A stretch of 64,000 nucleotides of DNA, from the NCBI RefSeq assembly GCF_009914755.1, contig NC_060935.1. One strand, written 5' to 3'. A model generated the notes under the pieces. That model worked only from the letters and a program-made list of their open reading frames with translations. It had not been told where the DNA came from and did not search any database. The stretch comes from the human T2T-CHM13v2.0 reference genome, Homo sapiens. The translations under genes were made by a program, and so were the position numbers. Below, piece after piece: positions 14,300 through 30,005 of the stretch (position 1 is its first letter; every line of letters begins with the position of its first letter).

Positions 14300-16290
14300 G
14301 TCTCTCCAAAGAGAATATGGGTTTCAAGAGGGCAAGATCCTCATCTGCTTTGTCCATTACTCTAAGCTTAGTGTCTTATATCATAGGTGCTTAATAAATA
14401 TAAGCTAAATTAGTGAGGTAAGGCCAGGATTATGCTTCAGAACTGTCTGACTCTCTGCTTTTAATACTTTGGTAGTCATCATTATGATAAGGATGGCGTT
14501 CAACTCCTTAGCTTGGCATCTAAAGTATTAACATTTCTCGTTCTGTTTAGGCTATAGCTCATATCATTGTATGGACTCTAAGGATTAATATAGTCCAGGC
14601 CTTTCAAACTGCTTCATTTCATATGTCAGTTTTTCTGCCACTTTCTAGGCATTAATCACCTACCACTCTCAAGTTATTTAAATATTCCAAACATAGAAAC
14701 TACAAATAGTTTGTCTTCTGCATTCAAGTACCCTACCTGTATTTCCTTTACCCTCTTAATTTCTCTTAATATTTTCTAGGTTAGTGGATATTTTACTTCC
14801 TCAGGCACTTATTTTCTAACCATCAATGTTAGGTTTTGTATCCACTTTATTTTATATTAGATTATAGTACACTTCTTATAGCTTGGAAATGTATGTTAGC
14901 ATTGATAATTGTGGAAATGTCTAAAATGTAAATCTAAAGTCAGAGTCTGTGTCAAACTATTTACTCATTATTGTATCCTTGAAATGAAGCATAGTGACAA
15001 ATTTGTGCTTAATAAACATTTGCTGGATACAAATAAAGAGGTACATAAGTGGATACATGCTTAATAATCTAATACATCTGCATTTTTTCCATAGGGATCT
15101 ATTATTTATAAATGAAAACAAGTTTGGTTCACCAAGCGTGCATGCACTTCCGTACCTCTGTGCTTCTGCAGATATTAACCCTTCTAAACACATTGTCTTC
15201 TGCCCTGTCAACTGCACATTCCTCTCATTTTCTCTTTATTTTTGCTCCCTCAGATTCCAGAAGATCTTCATATAATTTAAAGATTCAGGACACTCCTAAT
15301 TTCTTATCTATTATGGCAGAATTTACATAAGGCAGAATTTTCATTACTCACAAAAGGTGAATCTTCCAGGATTAGATTTTTAAGTTTGTACTACTCTTTT
15401 GCAAAACTACATTCTCTATTGAAAATAAATTTTATAATTATGCTGTGAATTTGAAGTTTTTCTCAATCAATAGAAATAACTTCATTTTTGCCCCCTTGGA
15501 TCTATTATTTCTACATTTATGACAGTAATTCATGTAAACAGGTGGTTTTCCTCTTTCTGATGATTTCCCATCACATATAACACAAGTTCCAAATATCTTA
15601 GTACAGCATTCTGGTGCTATATTAAGTAGCACCTGAAAATTTTTCAAGTGTTATTGCCCATTATTTATTACTCACAGCATTTATCAAATTGATTCATACA
15701 GCAAGTATCTATTGAGAATCTGCTATGTTTCAGACACTGTTTTTAAGATTGTAGACAGAGCAGAGAATAAAACAGGCAAAAATGTCCTATGGTGATGCAA
15801 CATGTATTCTGGATGGCAGGGTGAGGAGAAAACAAAGGAAATATATAGTATATTAGAGAACAGTAAGCATTTCAGGGAAAAGAAATAAAACTGAGGAGAG
15901 ACAGTGAGTATCAGGAAGGGAAATGCAATTTTAATGTGGTCAGGGAAAACATTGTCTGCAACATTGGAGCAATGACATAGTAGAAGTCAGAAAGCCCCAA
16001 TTCTAAATGTGACTAACTTTAAAAATCTGTCAGGACTCAGTTATTTTATCACATGCCAATGTAAGACATAAAGGAGATACCTGTTTCCCTCCTGACAACG
16101 TTGAGTTTGATGCCCTATATATGTGTTTTTATAGAATTATGTGTTTATCATTCTCATAGTACTTGCTTGGTAAATTAAAAATATCCCTGTATATGTCTCT
16201 CATCCTTTATCTACTAAAATGCAATTCTCTTAAAAAATACTTTTTTTGATAGTGATCTTAGCAAACATGCATAGTAAATGTTTCTTGAAT
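14300..16290. mobile_element. Cluster of degraded L2 fragments
   Basis: L2 3'-end motifs GTGCTTAATAAATA (~14390) and GTGCTTAATAAACATTTGCTG (~15005); reverse copy TATTGAGAATCTGCTATGTTTCAGACACTG (~15710). Confidence 0.55.
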
Positions 16291-16749
16291 CTATTTGACC
16301 TAGTTGTACTGGGATGGTTTGCAGGCTATTCCATAATCACCATATTATGATAGTCCAATCGTTTTTACATTTTATAGTTTCCTCTTTGTAAAATGAGAGA
16401 AGTGGTAAGTTGTGGGGAAGTTTAGAAGAAAAAGAGTGGTGAAATTTCTTCATTACAATGAGATGGAACTATTATCATTATCTAGGATGGTCTTCAAACT
16501 GCCTTTATAAAAAGTAAAACCTCTCAAAGGAAATCACTATTTTCTTTATATTATCATTCCTTTTATACTGAGTATGAAATTGGTTGTATTTCCAGATCAG
16601 TGAGCCCAGCAGAAGTATAAAATAAATTTAGTTAGTTTGAATTTTATTCACAACCAAAGTTACAGATTTTGATGGTTTTTTTCTTTATTAAAAATTCCTA
16701 GCACTGAATTTCTGCTGCAGTATGATTGAGTGGTTGCTATTATACCCAT

Positions 16750-19700
16750 TCCTCTACCAGACAACTATAATATCTAGGAGCAGATGAAGGGACGTTACCT
16801 AAACACTCAGAAATGTGAGCAAATACATCCAGGAGATGACACTTAGATAAAGGGAATAGGAAGGGTAAGTTATCAATTCCTATATCTCTGAGTCTGAGGT
16901 CAGCCTGTAATAGATGCTACTCCGGGGAGATGAAACTCCAGTGGCAAAAGTTCAGAGCAAATCATGTGGCTAAAAAAGAGGGGAGAATCCCAGAAAGGAA
17001 ATGTTCAAGGAGATATCACCAAATTATTGGTGTAACTTTCTCTGAATCTCTGACCCCTAAATCAGTCATGTGTGAACAAATTTCAGATAAAATAAAATTG
17101 AACAAGCAGGTTAATCCAAATAATGTAATGCCTGGAAACATCATAATCAAGCTGCTGCAAAACAAACAGCAACAGAAAATTTTGAAAAAGGCCATAGAAG
17201 TCTGACATTTCACATAGGGAAACAACCTCTGAATGAAAGCCAGCTTCAACAGAAAATATCAAGTCCAAAAGACATTGGTAAAACATCAGTAACATAATGG
17301 CAGGGATGAACTTTCAAACAGGAATTACATACCAAGCAAATATATCCACTGAGACTGACATTGTAACAGATTAATCTTCATATAAAAGCTACCTGAGAGA
17401 GTTCTTTCTATTGGACCTGAACTGGAGATTTTGAAAGAAATTTTTCAAGCCAGAAATAAGGAACATAAAAAAATGGTAAATATTTGGGTAAACATTTTTA
17501 TCTTTTCTATTTATTTAAAAATCATAGATCATTTAAGGCAAAAAGTAAAATATCATGTCTTATTATTTATATTATATGTAGATATACTAGAACTTGAGTA
17601 AAAATTGAGAATTAGATATGTGAATTTATGGTTGCAAGGTTAATACTAACTCCAAGAAGACTAAAAAGTTAGGGATAAAGGAAAGTTATGAGTTCAGATC
17701 TTGGAGATGTTTACAAGTATAATACAATAATACTGTGGATAATTTTATGCCAAAAATTTGACAATAAAGATGAAATGCATAAGTAACTATAAAGATACAA
17801 CCTAGTAAAATGACTGAAAATGACTGAAGAAATAGAAAGTATGCATAGCCTTATATCTATTAGTTACATATAAAAAATAAACTGCCAGAAAGAAATTGCC
17901 CAGGAATAGATAGTTTTATTGATAAATTTCATCAAACACTTAAAAAAGAAATAATACCAATCCTATTCAAATCATTTCAGAAAATATACAGGGAAAGGAT
18001 ACTGCCGAATTGTAAGTCCAAAATAACCAGAAATAAAATATTCTTTATGTATATATTATATATACATATATATATGTAAAAATAGTTCAAAACATGTTAG
18101 CAAATGCAATCTAGGAATATGTAAAAGGAATAATATATTGAGATCAAGTAGGGTTAATTTCAGAAAAGTAAGGTTGGCTTAACATTTTAAAAAAATTAAA
18201 CAGTATAACTCACTATATTTCTAAGAGAAAGAATACAAAATAAAAAAAAGATGGTCTCTTCAATAAATATTTCTTTGGAAAACTGGATATTCATATATGA
18301 AAGAACAAAATTGGACCCTTAATCATCTTAAAATGGACTAAAGACTTAAATAAAAGACTTGAAACTTCAAAACTGTAAGAAGACAGTACAAGAAAAAAAC
18401 TATATGACCTGGATTTGCTGGATTTGGACAATGATTTTCTAGATTTTACCCCAAAAGCACAGGCAACAAAAGCAAAAATAAACAAATGAGATTACATCAA
18501 AATAAAATGGTTCTGCACAACAAAGAAAACAATTAACAGTGAAGAGACAATCTATGGGTTGGGAGAAAATATTTGCAAGGCATAATCTGATAAGGGGTTA
18601 ATGTCCACAATATATAAGGAACTCAAACAATGGTATAGAAAGAAAACAAATAATCCTATAAAAAATTGGCAAGGGACCTGAATAGACAATTCTCAATGTC
18701 TATTGTAGACAGTGAACAGAGAACAGTTAAACAAAAAAATGTTGAATGTCACTAGTCATTAGGGAAATTAAGATAAAAACCAATGTGAGATACCACCTTA
18801 TACTTGTCAGAATGGCTAGTACCAAAAAGACTAATGATAACCAGAGTTTTTAAGGTGGTGGAGAAAATAGAAGCTTTGTTTATGGTTGGTGGGAATGTAA
18901 ATTACTACAGCTATCACAGAAAACTGTATGGAGGTTCCTCAAAAAACTAAAAATGAATTACCATATGATCCAGCAATTCCACTTATGGGTGTTTATCTAA
19001 AATTTTTTGAAATCAGTATGTCAAAGAGATACCTGTACTTCCATGTTCATTGCAGCACTATTCACAGTAGCCAAGTTAAGGAGTAAAACTAAGAGTTCAT
19101 CGACATATGCATAAAGAAATGTGGTGTATATACACAATGGAAAACTATTCAGTCTTACACAAGAAAGCAATTTGTCATTTGCAACAACATTCTAGAACAT
19201 TATGCTAAGTGAAATAACCTAGTCACAGAACGATAAATACTGAATGTTATCATTTGTACGTGGACTCTAAAACAATTGAAATCATAGCAGCAGAGAATAC
19301 AATGGTGGTTCCCAGAGGCTTGTGGGTGGAGAGAGTTGGAAGATGATGACCAAAGAATACAAAGTCTTATACAAGAATACTAAATTAGTAGGGTTTTTTT
19401 TTAAGATGTATTACACAGCATAGTGAATACAGTCAATAATAGTGTACTGCACATTTCAAAATTGCTGGTAGTAAATTTCAAAAGTTCCCACCACAAAAAT
19501 ATAAATATTTGAGCTAATGCCTACGTTCATTATTTTTTTATTTAAGTTATCTACATTGTATTCTTAAAACATAGTATCAGTTTATACCCCATAAACATGG
19601 AGAAGGATAATTTTTCAGTTTACCATAAAAAAGAAGAAAAATCATGAGATCTTATCAATATTAGCAAAAAAAAATTTTTTAATAAAAAACTAATGATTAA

Positions 19701-21230
19701 ACTTCTTATCAAACTGGAAACAGACATTTTCTCAATTTGTTAAATTGCTAGTATGGAAAACCTCTGGCTAACCTCATAATTAATGTGGAAATAGTAATTA
19801 TATTTTTCTAAGATTGAGAACAAGGTAAGGATGTCCACTCTGATCAATATTATACTAGAGCTTTTTGACAATGAAGAATGCAATAGAAGAAAACAAAAGG
19901 CATGTAAAGGATTGTTATCAGGCATGTAAAATGAACTCCTACAACTCAGCAATAATAATTAGGATACCTAATCCAATAAAAATATACAAATATTTTGAGC
20001 AGAAACCTCACAAAAGATGATATACAAATAGTGAACAAATAAAATGCTATTTCACAGCATTAGTCATGAACAAAATCAAATTTTTCACTAAAAAATGGCA
20101 ACAATACACACCCAATTAAAATGTCTAAAATTAAAAGACTGACAGCATCAAATATTAGAGATGACATGGAGCAACTGTAACTACCATGCATTGTCAATGA
20201 GATTGTAACATGGTGCAACCACTTTGGCAAAGGTCAGGCATTTTCCCATAGAATTAAACATACACCTACCACATGACCCAGCAATCCTAAATATTTATCT
20301 GAGTATTAAAATACATTTACAAACATTTGTACAAGAATATTCATAGAAGCTTTATTCATAATAACCAATAACTAGAAGTAGTCCAAGTGTCCATCAACAG
20401 GAGAATGACTTAACAAACTGGTTTATTCGTATACTAGAGATCTAATCATCAATAAAAGGGAACAAACTACTGATACATTCAATAACACAGATCTAAAAGT
20501 TATTGAGATGAGTTAACGTTAATTTATTCAAAGTAGTCATACTATATGATGCCATTTCAATGAAATAAAATGGCAAATAAAATAAAATGGGCCAGGCAAA
20601 GTTAATTTGGGTTGGGGGAAAAATTGCAAGAGTTATTGTCTTCAGCTTTCAGGAGGATTAAGTGGGGGATGAGGAGGAAACTTACATTTGAAGTATTTCC
20701 CTATTTCCCTGGTGTGAATAATACTACCATCACCATGATAAATTACAAGCTACCGACTTGATGTCAGCAAACAGAATTTTGGAAAGGGTATGCATAATTA
20801 GCTCTTATGAGCTGATTTAAGCTGATTCCTCACACAGTAGAGTGTGAGGGAGCTTTTTAGAAGACAGTAATATTCTGTATCATGATAGAATTTTAACAAT
20901 AGTTAGCATTTGAAAAATCTCAGCAAATATGCAGTTACAATTGTGCATTTCACTTTTTGTAAATTTTCCACAAAATAACTTTAAACAAATATAGAACTGT
21001 AGCTAATGATACAAAAATCTAAAATATTTAAGGGGGGTACTACTGATGTCTGACATTTTCTTTGAAATGTATTAAATAAAAAATAGTTGATAAAAAGGTG
21101 GATGAATAGATTGTGATAAAGCATGTATAATAACATCAATAATAGAATCTAGATTGTGATGACGTAAGTTTTCACTCTATACTTCTTTCATCTCTGCATC
21201 CTGTTTAGAAATATAACAAAATATCCGATG
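16750..21230 (+). mobile_element. Old L1M (MC/MD/ME-type), fragmented
   Basis: Degenerate ORF1 (NIIIKLL...KILKKA), ORF2 and 3' end. Confidence 0.65.
18230..19635 (+). mobile_element. L1MA-type 3' end nested in older L1
   Basis: ORF2 C-terminus plus L1MA-style 3'UTR; the host L1 resumes at a KNHMIIS-like sequence afterwards. Confidence 0.7.
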
Positions 21231-21556
21231 AAAAAATAGCTTCCTTCTCTAATAATTTATTTTAAGCAGTTATAATTTATATCAAATATATTTTCTTGTC
21301 TTACAAATGTTATACTGGATTTTCTAATTCATATTTAAAGGCAAAATTATTTTATTTATATAATTATTTCCTATTTCTTCTGGAAATCTGATTTTTCTAA
21401 CTCTAGTTTTATTTGTATTACATTTTAAAGACAAAGTAATGTCATTTTCCTAATACATATGAAATTAAGTAAAATCACTGCCTTGATTGAAAAGCTTTAT
21501 TAGCTCTCTACAGTCTGATAAATTAATTTTAACCACATAGAATGTCACATAATACT

Positions 21557-22026
21557 GTACAGTTTCCCATTGCTGCTGTAACAAATTACTATGAAGTTAG
21601 CATGCTTAAAATACCATAAATTTATTATATTTTTTTTTTGGATTAGAAGTCCAACAGGAGTTGGACAGAACTGTGTCCTTCCTAGGAGCTCTAAAGGAGG
21701 ATCTGTTTCCTTGCCTTTTCTATTTCCAGAGGCTGCCTGTGTTACTTGGCTCATGATTTACTTTCTTCATTTTCGAAGTCAAGAACAGCACATCCCTCTG
21801 ACTCTTCTTCCACAATCACATCACTCATCAACCATAGATAGGAAGGGTTCTCTGTTATTAAGAACTCATGTGATTTAATTGTACTCATCCAGATAATTCA
21901 AGTTAATCTCCCTATCTCAAGGTTTATACTTTTAATCATACCTGCAAAGTCCCTTCTTCCCTACTTACAGTCTCTAAGAAATTAAGGTGTGGACATCTCT
22001 GGGGACAATTTTACTGCTTTCTACAC
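21557..22026 (-). mobile_element. MaLR solo LTR (MLT1-type)
   Basis: Starts TGTACAGTTTCCCATTGCTGCTGTAACAAATTAC; TG...CA ends. Confidence 0.7.
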
Positions 22027-24254
22027 AGTCTGTGATTATGTAATATTAATAATTAAAACTATAGGCAAATTTCTCTCCCTTCAACATAATGCTATTTGTG
22101 TTCTAATTGAATCGGATAATTTGCCCAGTTTACCTTTAACCTTGAGTCTTATTATGGCCCTTTCATTTTGTTCACCTGTTTAAAAACATTACTGCTAGTC
22201 AAAATTTATTGATCATCTACTAAGTATTAACTTCAATGACTATCAATGAAATGTCATTCTTCTGAGAAAAGTAAAAAATGGTAATACTTTATTAATGATT
22301 TATCTATCTTGGTAAAGTAAACACTCTCTCTAGGCGACATTGCATCACATTTATAGTAGAAGTTTTTCCTCCCAATACATCTAAAACCCCACTGAACATT
22401 GGTTCTACATTTATTTTATGTAAAAACAACTATTTTCTCTTACTTGAGTCACCTACAGTAGGCCATTCAATACATCTGGGTTGTTTTAAATTGTGTTGAA
22501 ACAACAAATATGTATAGAAAATATATTGTGTATGGGGCTAAATATAACATTCTGTTTGGAAATTTTAATTATGTTTGCATTGAAGTTTATAATAAAATGC
22601 AGACAAAAAGACTTATAAAATTATTTAAAATATAAAGTAGCATATGCTTTATTCCAAATGAGTGGTATAAACAAAAAGTGTTAAAGAGTTATGATGTCCA
22701 GGATCTCAAACATCTGTAATTGATTTCTACAACTTTGACTTAACTGAACTGAACTGAAAAAAGTAACATTCTACCTAATTCAGAACAGCCGTCTATCTAT
22801 AGTTAAGCCACATGGTAACGATGCCCTGCACTCAAAGAGAAAGCCACATTAAAGTAATGGTTGTAAGATTTTTTTTGTCACCATTTTTCACAATAATAAA
22901 CAGTTTATGGGGAAATAGGAGGAAGAACAGAGAGACAAAGAGGGAAAAGAAGACAAGAAAGAAAATAATAAAGAAAAAAGTTTAAGGACCAGAAAAGCTG
23001 TATAACAACATGATGTCTAACATTCTTTAAAAGCTTGACATAATTAAATTCTATGATTAAATAGTCATCCACTACTTGGGAATACAGTATAAATTTTAAA
23101 ACCACCATCAAAAATGTCTTCTTCTGAAAGTAAAATAAAACACATCCTCTATTGGATCCTAGAAATGTAGGTGGACACTTTGTTATGCATTTCTGTAGGG
23201 AAATTTGCATTATTATTTTAATATTTATAAATCAGAAAGACAGGAGCCTTCGGGATTATGGTGCCCTTTCTCATGAGTGCTTATAATAATACTAGACACG
23301 CTCCTTCTTCATGGGAAAAATAGCTTCAAAACCAATTTTTTATTTTCTGTAATTATAAAATGGAAGGGTTCCCATTTTTATATAAGTACTATTTTGTGCA
23401 AAGCAGTCGAATCAAACTTATAAAATCGGAAGGCCAACTTTTCTCATCTTACATTACAGAAATCAGATATTTGCTTGAAGATTTATTATTATCAGTTTAA
23501 CGACCTATGTGGGTCTTATAAGATAGAGCAGGATATGGAGGTTGCTGCCGATCTTGGTAGCACACAGACCTGGTTCAAAATAAACCTCTGTCACTTCTTA
23601 GTTTCTTTTCATCTCCATTTCCACATCTGTGAATCCTTTTATTACAGAATTAAATATATGCATATAATGTGCCATGTGTGTTTAATAATTATAGCAATGA
23701 ATAACAATATGTCCAAGCATTTTGTCACATAAATGTGACAAAAATTATGCCCAAGCATAAAGTTACAACCCAAATCTCTACTATGTTTTAATTTAAATTC
23801 ATATTAATTAAGTTATGATATCACTTATATTGAGAATCTGGGAGTTGAGGAATAATAAAATACGCTAGTGAATAATGGACACAAAGTAGAATAATGACTG
23901 CTTTATGTATCTTGTTATGATCCATATAATGAGTATAGTGTTGCATTTCAGTGATTTGCCATCTAAAAAAATTAACTGCATACTCTAATTACCTATTTAA
24001 ATATATATGTATATCAATATGTCAAATGTACATATTTGTAAATATTAAATTAACAACATGAAATACTACACTAGCTTTTGCCAAAATCCCAGACGAATTA
24101 TTGTCTCTCAAGAAATAAAATACTTTATATACATTCTTTTTCTGTGTTTGTTACCACTCTATAATATTAGTGCTACCAAAAGCTGCATTAGAAAGTTTTA
24201 TTTATTTTGTACTCTCCATGTATGAATAACTTTAATTATCCAATTGACTCTAAA

Positions 24255-24552
24255 ATTTTTTGTTTATTTGTTTTTGTGAAACGGAGTCTTGCTGTGTCAC
24301 CCAGACTGAAGTGCAGTGGTGCCATCTCGGCTCACTGCCAACTCTGCCTCCTGGGTTCAAGCAATTCTCCTGCCTCAGCTTCCTGAGTAGCTGGGAAAAC
24401 TGGCATGCACTACCACACCGGGTAATTTTTCTATTTTTAGTAGAGGCAGGGTTTCAGCATGTTGACCAAGCTGGTCTCTTGGCCTCAAATGATCCACCCA
24501 CCTTGGCCCCCCAAAGTGCTGGGATGACAGGCATGAGCCACCATACTCAGCC
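24255..24552 (-). mobile_element. AluS-type
   Basis: Dimer; TSD CAATT(G/T)ACTCTA. Confidence 0.85.
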
Positions 24553-24598
24553 TCAATTTACTCTATAATATTGATTGTATTATGAATTATATTCTTTT

Positions 24599-26011
<1,413 letters not shown>

Positions 26012-28189
26012 TATTCTTTTAACGTCATATATTTTTATTTTTAATATGTATTTATATGGATATCTCTAAAGTACAGACAATGGAAATAGTGTTTTCTATT
26101 TCTGTTGTATTATCAAACACTCTCAAGAACAATCTTCCTATTAAGCAATAGCATTTTGTTACTATTAAACAGATTACTGAAACACTGAGATACTAAAAAA
26201 AAATGGCCTGGTATTATTCCTCACACTTTTATTTTCTTTATCTTGGCCAAATTCCTTCATAAATGTCTGAAACACTTTGATATTTAGTCAAAAAAGAAAA
26301 TATGTTTATGGAAATATTAACTGCACTCCTGACTTTTGCTCCCTATCTCAAATATTGAAAATGGATCTTTTATCTGATTTTGTTTCCACCGTGCTATTGC
26401 ATAGCATCTCAGAAAATTAGCTTCCTAGAAAAAAGTGAGTTTTTTTGGGAAACGAAATTTAGTTTGATCTTGTTATTTTGTTTGTTGTATTTTTGTTTAA
26501 CATTTGGTGAAGTACAAGATAACCATTCTTGTAATCAGACGCTTAATATTAAAGCTGTGAAATCTTAAGTTTACTGACTATGCAGATTAAGTCCGGTGCT
26601 CCCAGGAGGAAAATCGTGAAAAAACCACTGATCTTTCATGTAAATCACACAACTCAGAAATCCTTGACTCTGTAAAATACACCAGAAAAGAATGAACATA
26701 AAGAAAGGCCTCACAGTTCTAAAGGTAAGATTACTAATTAAGTTGTCTGTCTGAGATAAGAGTAGTTTACTTCCTACTGTGATGGTGAGGTCATTTCCTA
26801 CTGAGTGAAAACTCCTATAGAATGAACATTTTAATGTGACTATTTCTAAAGAACTTTAGTAACATGATATTTTCGTAGAAACTGTTCTATTAATTCCTAC
26901 TTAATTACAATTCAACTGTATATATTTATTTTTGTTTAAGAATTTTTGTTAAATTACCATCTAAGGAAAAGAGTTTTCAAAATACAATTTTCTCAGGATG
27001 TTGGATTTGTCATGACAAAACATGTTAAGTGTTTTGAATTAAAGCTCTGACCATAACTGTGTTACAGCTGGAGCTGATTTTGTGTAGACATAGTTAAGGC
27101 TTACTGATTCACCTTAAGTTGTATTAAGTTTCCTCTTTTTTTTTTTTTTTTCTTGACATGGTTTCTTTTCCAGGATAGGATTTAAGAGAAGGTAGGATTA
27201 TGGTTTCCTAGGCGAAGAGATTAGCAGCTAACACAAGAAGAAACACTTCATACAAAATGCATCTGTTTCCACAAAGTGCAAAATGCAGTATTTTTGTGGA
27301 TCTATATAACTTTGGAGAATTACATGAATATTTGGTGCTGACTTGTTGAGCTCCTAGGAAGCTGAATTTATAGTTTTAGCAAAAGAGTGTCTATATGATG
27401 TCTTAACGCATTTCAAACAAGAAAATAAATTAATGTTGAAGTAGGACATATTTTAAGGGGCGATTAGAATATAGCATGTATAGGTTTTACAATATGGTAA
27501 AGAACTTATGGGGTGCAGAATAGGAAAAAAATGGCAGAACAAATATTTCTCCCTACTGACTATAATAATGATCAGGTATATGCAAAGTGCTTGCTATCAT
27601 TTTAAAGCAAAGAAGCAATCTCATCTGTTTCATATTGTCACTAGGTTTGGGTTAAATAAGCTGTCTAGTTATAAATATTTACTGTAACAAAGTTTAGTTC
27701 ATGAATTTGGCAGTGTTTTTTGTTATAAACCTTTGATTTCTCATGTGTAAAATAGTAATAATGACCTCCTAATAGAGCTACTTGACAGTTAAGTAAACAA
27801 ATAACTATAAATACAAGTTAGCCTAGGCCAGGCTATAGGTTTTCAATAAATTGTAGTTTCCTTTTTTTCCACCATTTTCTGGATGTTGTCTGTGAACACA
27901 AATGTATATGTGGTGATTTTCCCTGTGAATATAGATCTGTTGGGATTTAAGGGAAAGAGGTATTGGTTAATAGTCGTTTTAAATACATACTCGATATTAT
28001 GTAAATTTTGTATTTATATGTTTAGAAGTTAAATTAAAACTAATAATTATTTCTTAGTTGCTGCAAGAGCACCAGAAGAAAAGCAGTAATTCTAAAGAAA
28101 GTTAGGTGTCTATGCTCCTCACCTTTCTCTGGCTATGTAAGAATTCATTTTTATTCAGTTTTAAACAAAAATCTATAAGCATTCTAAAT

Positions 28190-30005
28190 GAGAAGGGAAA
28201 ACAGAAGGAAGAGAAAAATGCAGGCTTCAGAACAAGACTCAGAAGGACAGAGATGGGACAGAGATTTTTAGAATTATCAGATAGGGAAGTTAAAATATCT
28301 ATCACTCTATTAGAAACTCTAATGACAAAAATTAGATTTTGACAAAATATGGGCAATGAGAAAAGATAATTCCAAGGGAAAAATGTTAAAAAACAAAAAC
28401 CCTGTTACAAAAGTGAAGAAGCCATTAATGAATTCATCAGTAATCTAGGCATGGTTGAGGCAAGATCAGTAAGTTTAAAGATGGGTCAATAGAAATGTTA
28501 CAAATTCAAATGCATACAGAAAAATATTTAAAAATTACACAATGCTGAAAAACTGTGGGATAATTTGAAACAGTAGAATATAGACATAATTGAAATACCA
28601 AAATGAAAATACAGAGAGAAGGGGAAAGGGTAAGTACTTGAAGTCATAATGGCCAAGACATTTTCAAAATTAATGACAGACACTAAGCCACGGAATCCAA
28701 AAACTCAGGAATACCAACTAGAGTACACACTAATGAAATAAAATAAGAACTATATAAAATCATGCCCTATACAAATGGATAAAAACAAAGAGAAAAATCT
28801 TAAAGAAACCAAGAGAGCATGTGGTAGCCTTATCCATAGACAAACAAGGATAAGAATTATAAAAGTCTTATTAGAAACTGTGAAAGCAAGAAACAGTCAC
28901 ATAAATAGTTAAGTATTTGAAAGAAAAAAATCTAGAAATCTCTGTGAAGTGAAACTATATGTAAGAGTGATGAAGAAATAAAGACTTTTTCAGACAGACA
29001 AAAACTGAGGAAATTCATCACTGGCAGATTGCCTCTATGAAAAATCTTAAAAGATTTTATCCAGGCAGAAGGAAAATTACATAGGCCAAACATGTGGATC
29101 TACAAAGAAAGAAAAATCATTAAAGAAGGAATGTATGTAGGTAAAACATAATATTTTATTTTTAAATTTTTATTCATTATTACTATTTTTTGAGACAGGG
29201 TCTCACTCTGTTGCCCAGACTGAGATGCAGTAGAACAATCAACAGCTCACTACAGCTTCGACCTCCTGATCTGAAGTGATGGTCCTGGCTCAGCCTCCTA
29301 AGTAGCTAAGATCACAGGTATGTGCCACAACACCTGATGTTTTTTTAAATTTGTAGTAGAGATGAGGGCTTACTATGTTGCCCAGGCTGGTCTCAAACTC
29401 TTGGGCTTATGTGATATTCCCTCCTCAGCCTCCCAAAGTGCAGTGACTACAGGCATGAGATACCACGCCCAGCCTATTTTTTTAATCGATCTAAAAGATA
29501 ACTATTTTAAAAAGTAATAGTAATAACACTATGTTGAGTGATTGTAGCATATTTATCAGTGAAATGAATGGCAGCAGTGTCATAAGAACTGGAGAAGCAG
29601 AATTTGGAATACTCTTGTTATCAGATTCCTGCAATATAACTGAAGGAATATAGTGTTATTTAAAAGTAGACTTAGATTTTAGGTTAGTTAAAACAATATA
29701 TTGCAAACTCTTTGACAGCCTTCAAAAACTATTAAAAATAAATATAATTGATATTCTCAGAGAGGAGATATAACAGAATCATCTAAATGCTCAGTGAAAA
29801 CTAGAGAAGGTAGTAGAGTAGGAACAAAAATGAAGAAACATTTAACAAATAGAAAACATTTGCAAGCATGCTCAGTATTAATTCCAGTATATGAATAATC
29901 ACTATAAATGTGAAAGGTCTAAATACACCAAATAAAATGCAGAGATTGCTGGAATAGACAAAATTACAACTATATATTTTCTACAACAACTTCCTTTAAA
30001 TATGA
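28190..30005 (+). mobile_element. Old L1M ORF1 to start of ORF2
   Basis: ELSDREVKIS...; ATAATCACTATAAATGTGAAAGGTCTAAAT is the EN start. Confidence 0.65.
29155..29474 (-). mobile_element. AluJ
   Basis: GAGACAGGGTCTCACTCTG...CTATGTTGCCCAGGCTGG. Confidence 0.85.

Noticed and set aside
17807-17828. Short tandem duplications (also ~18409, ~7495, ~40385)
   Set aside because: Routine slippage events in neutral repeat DNA.
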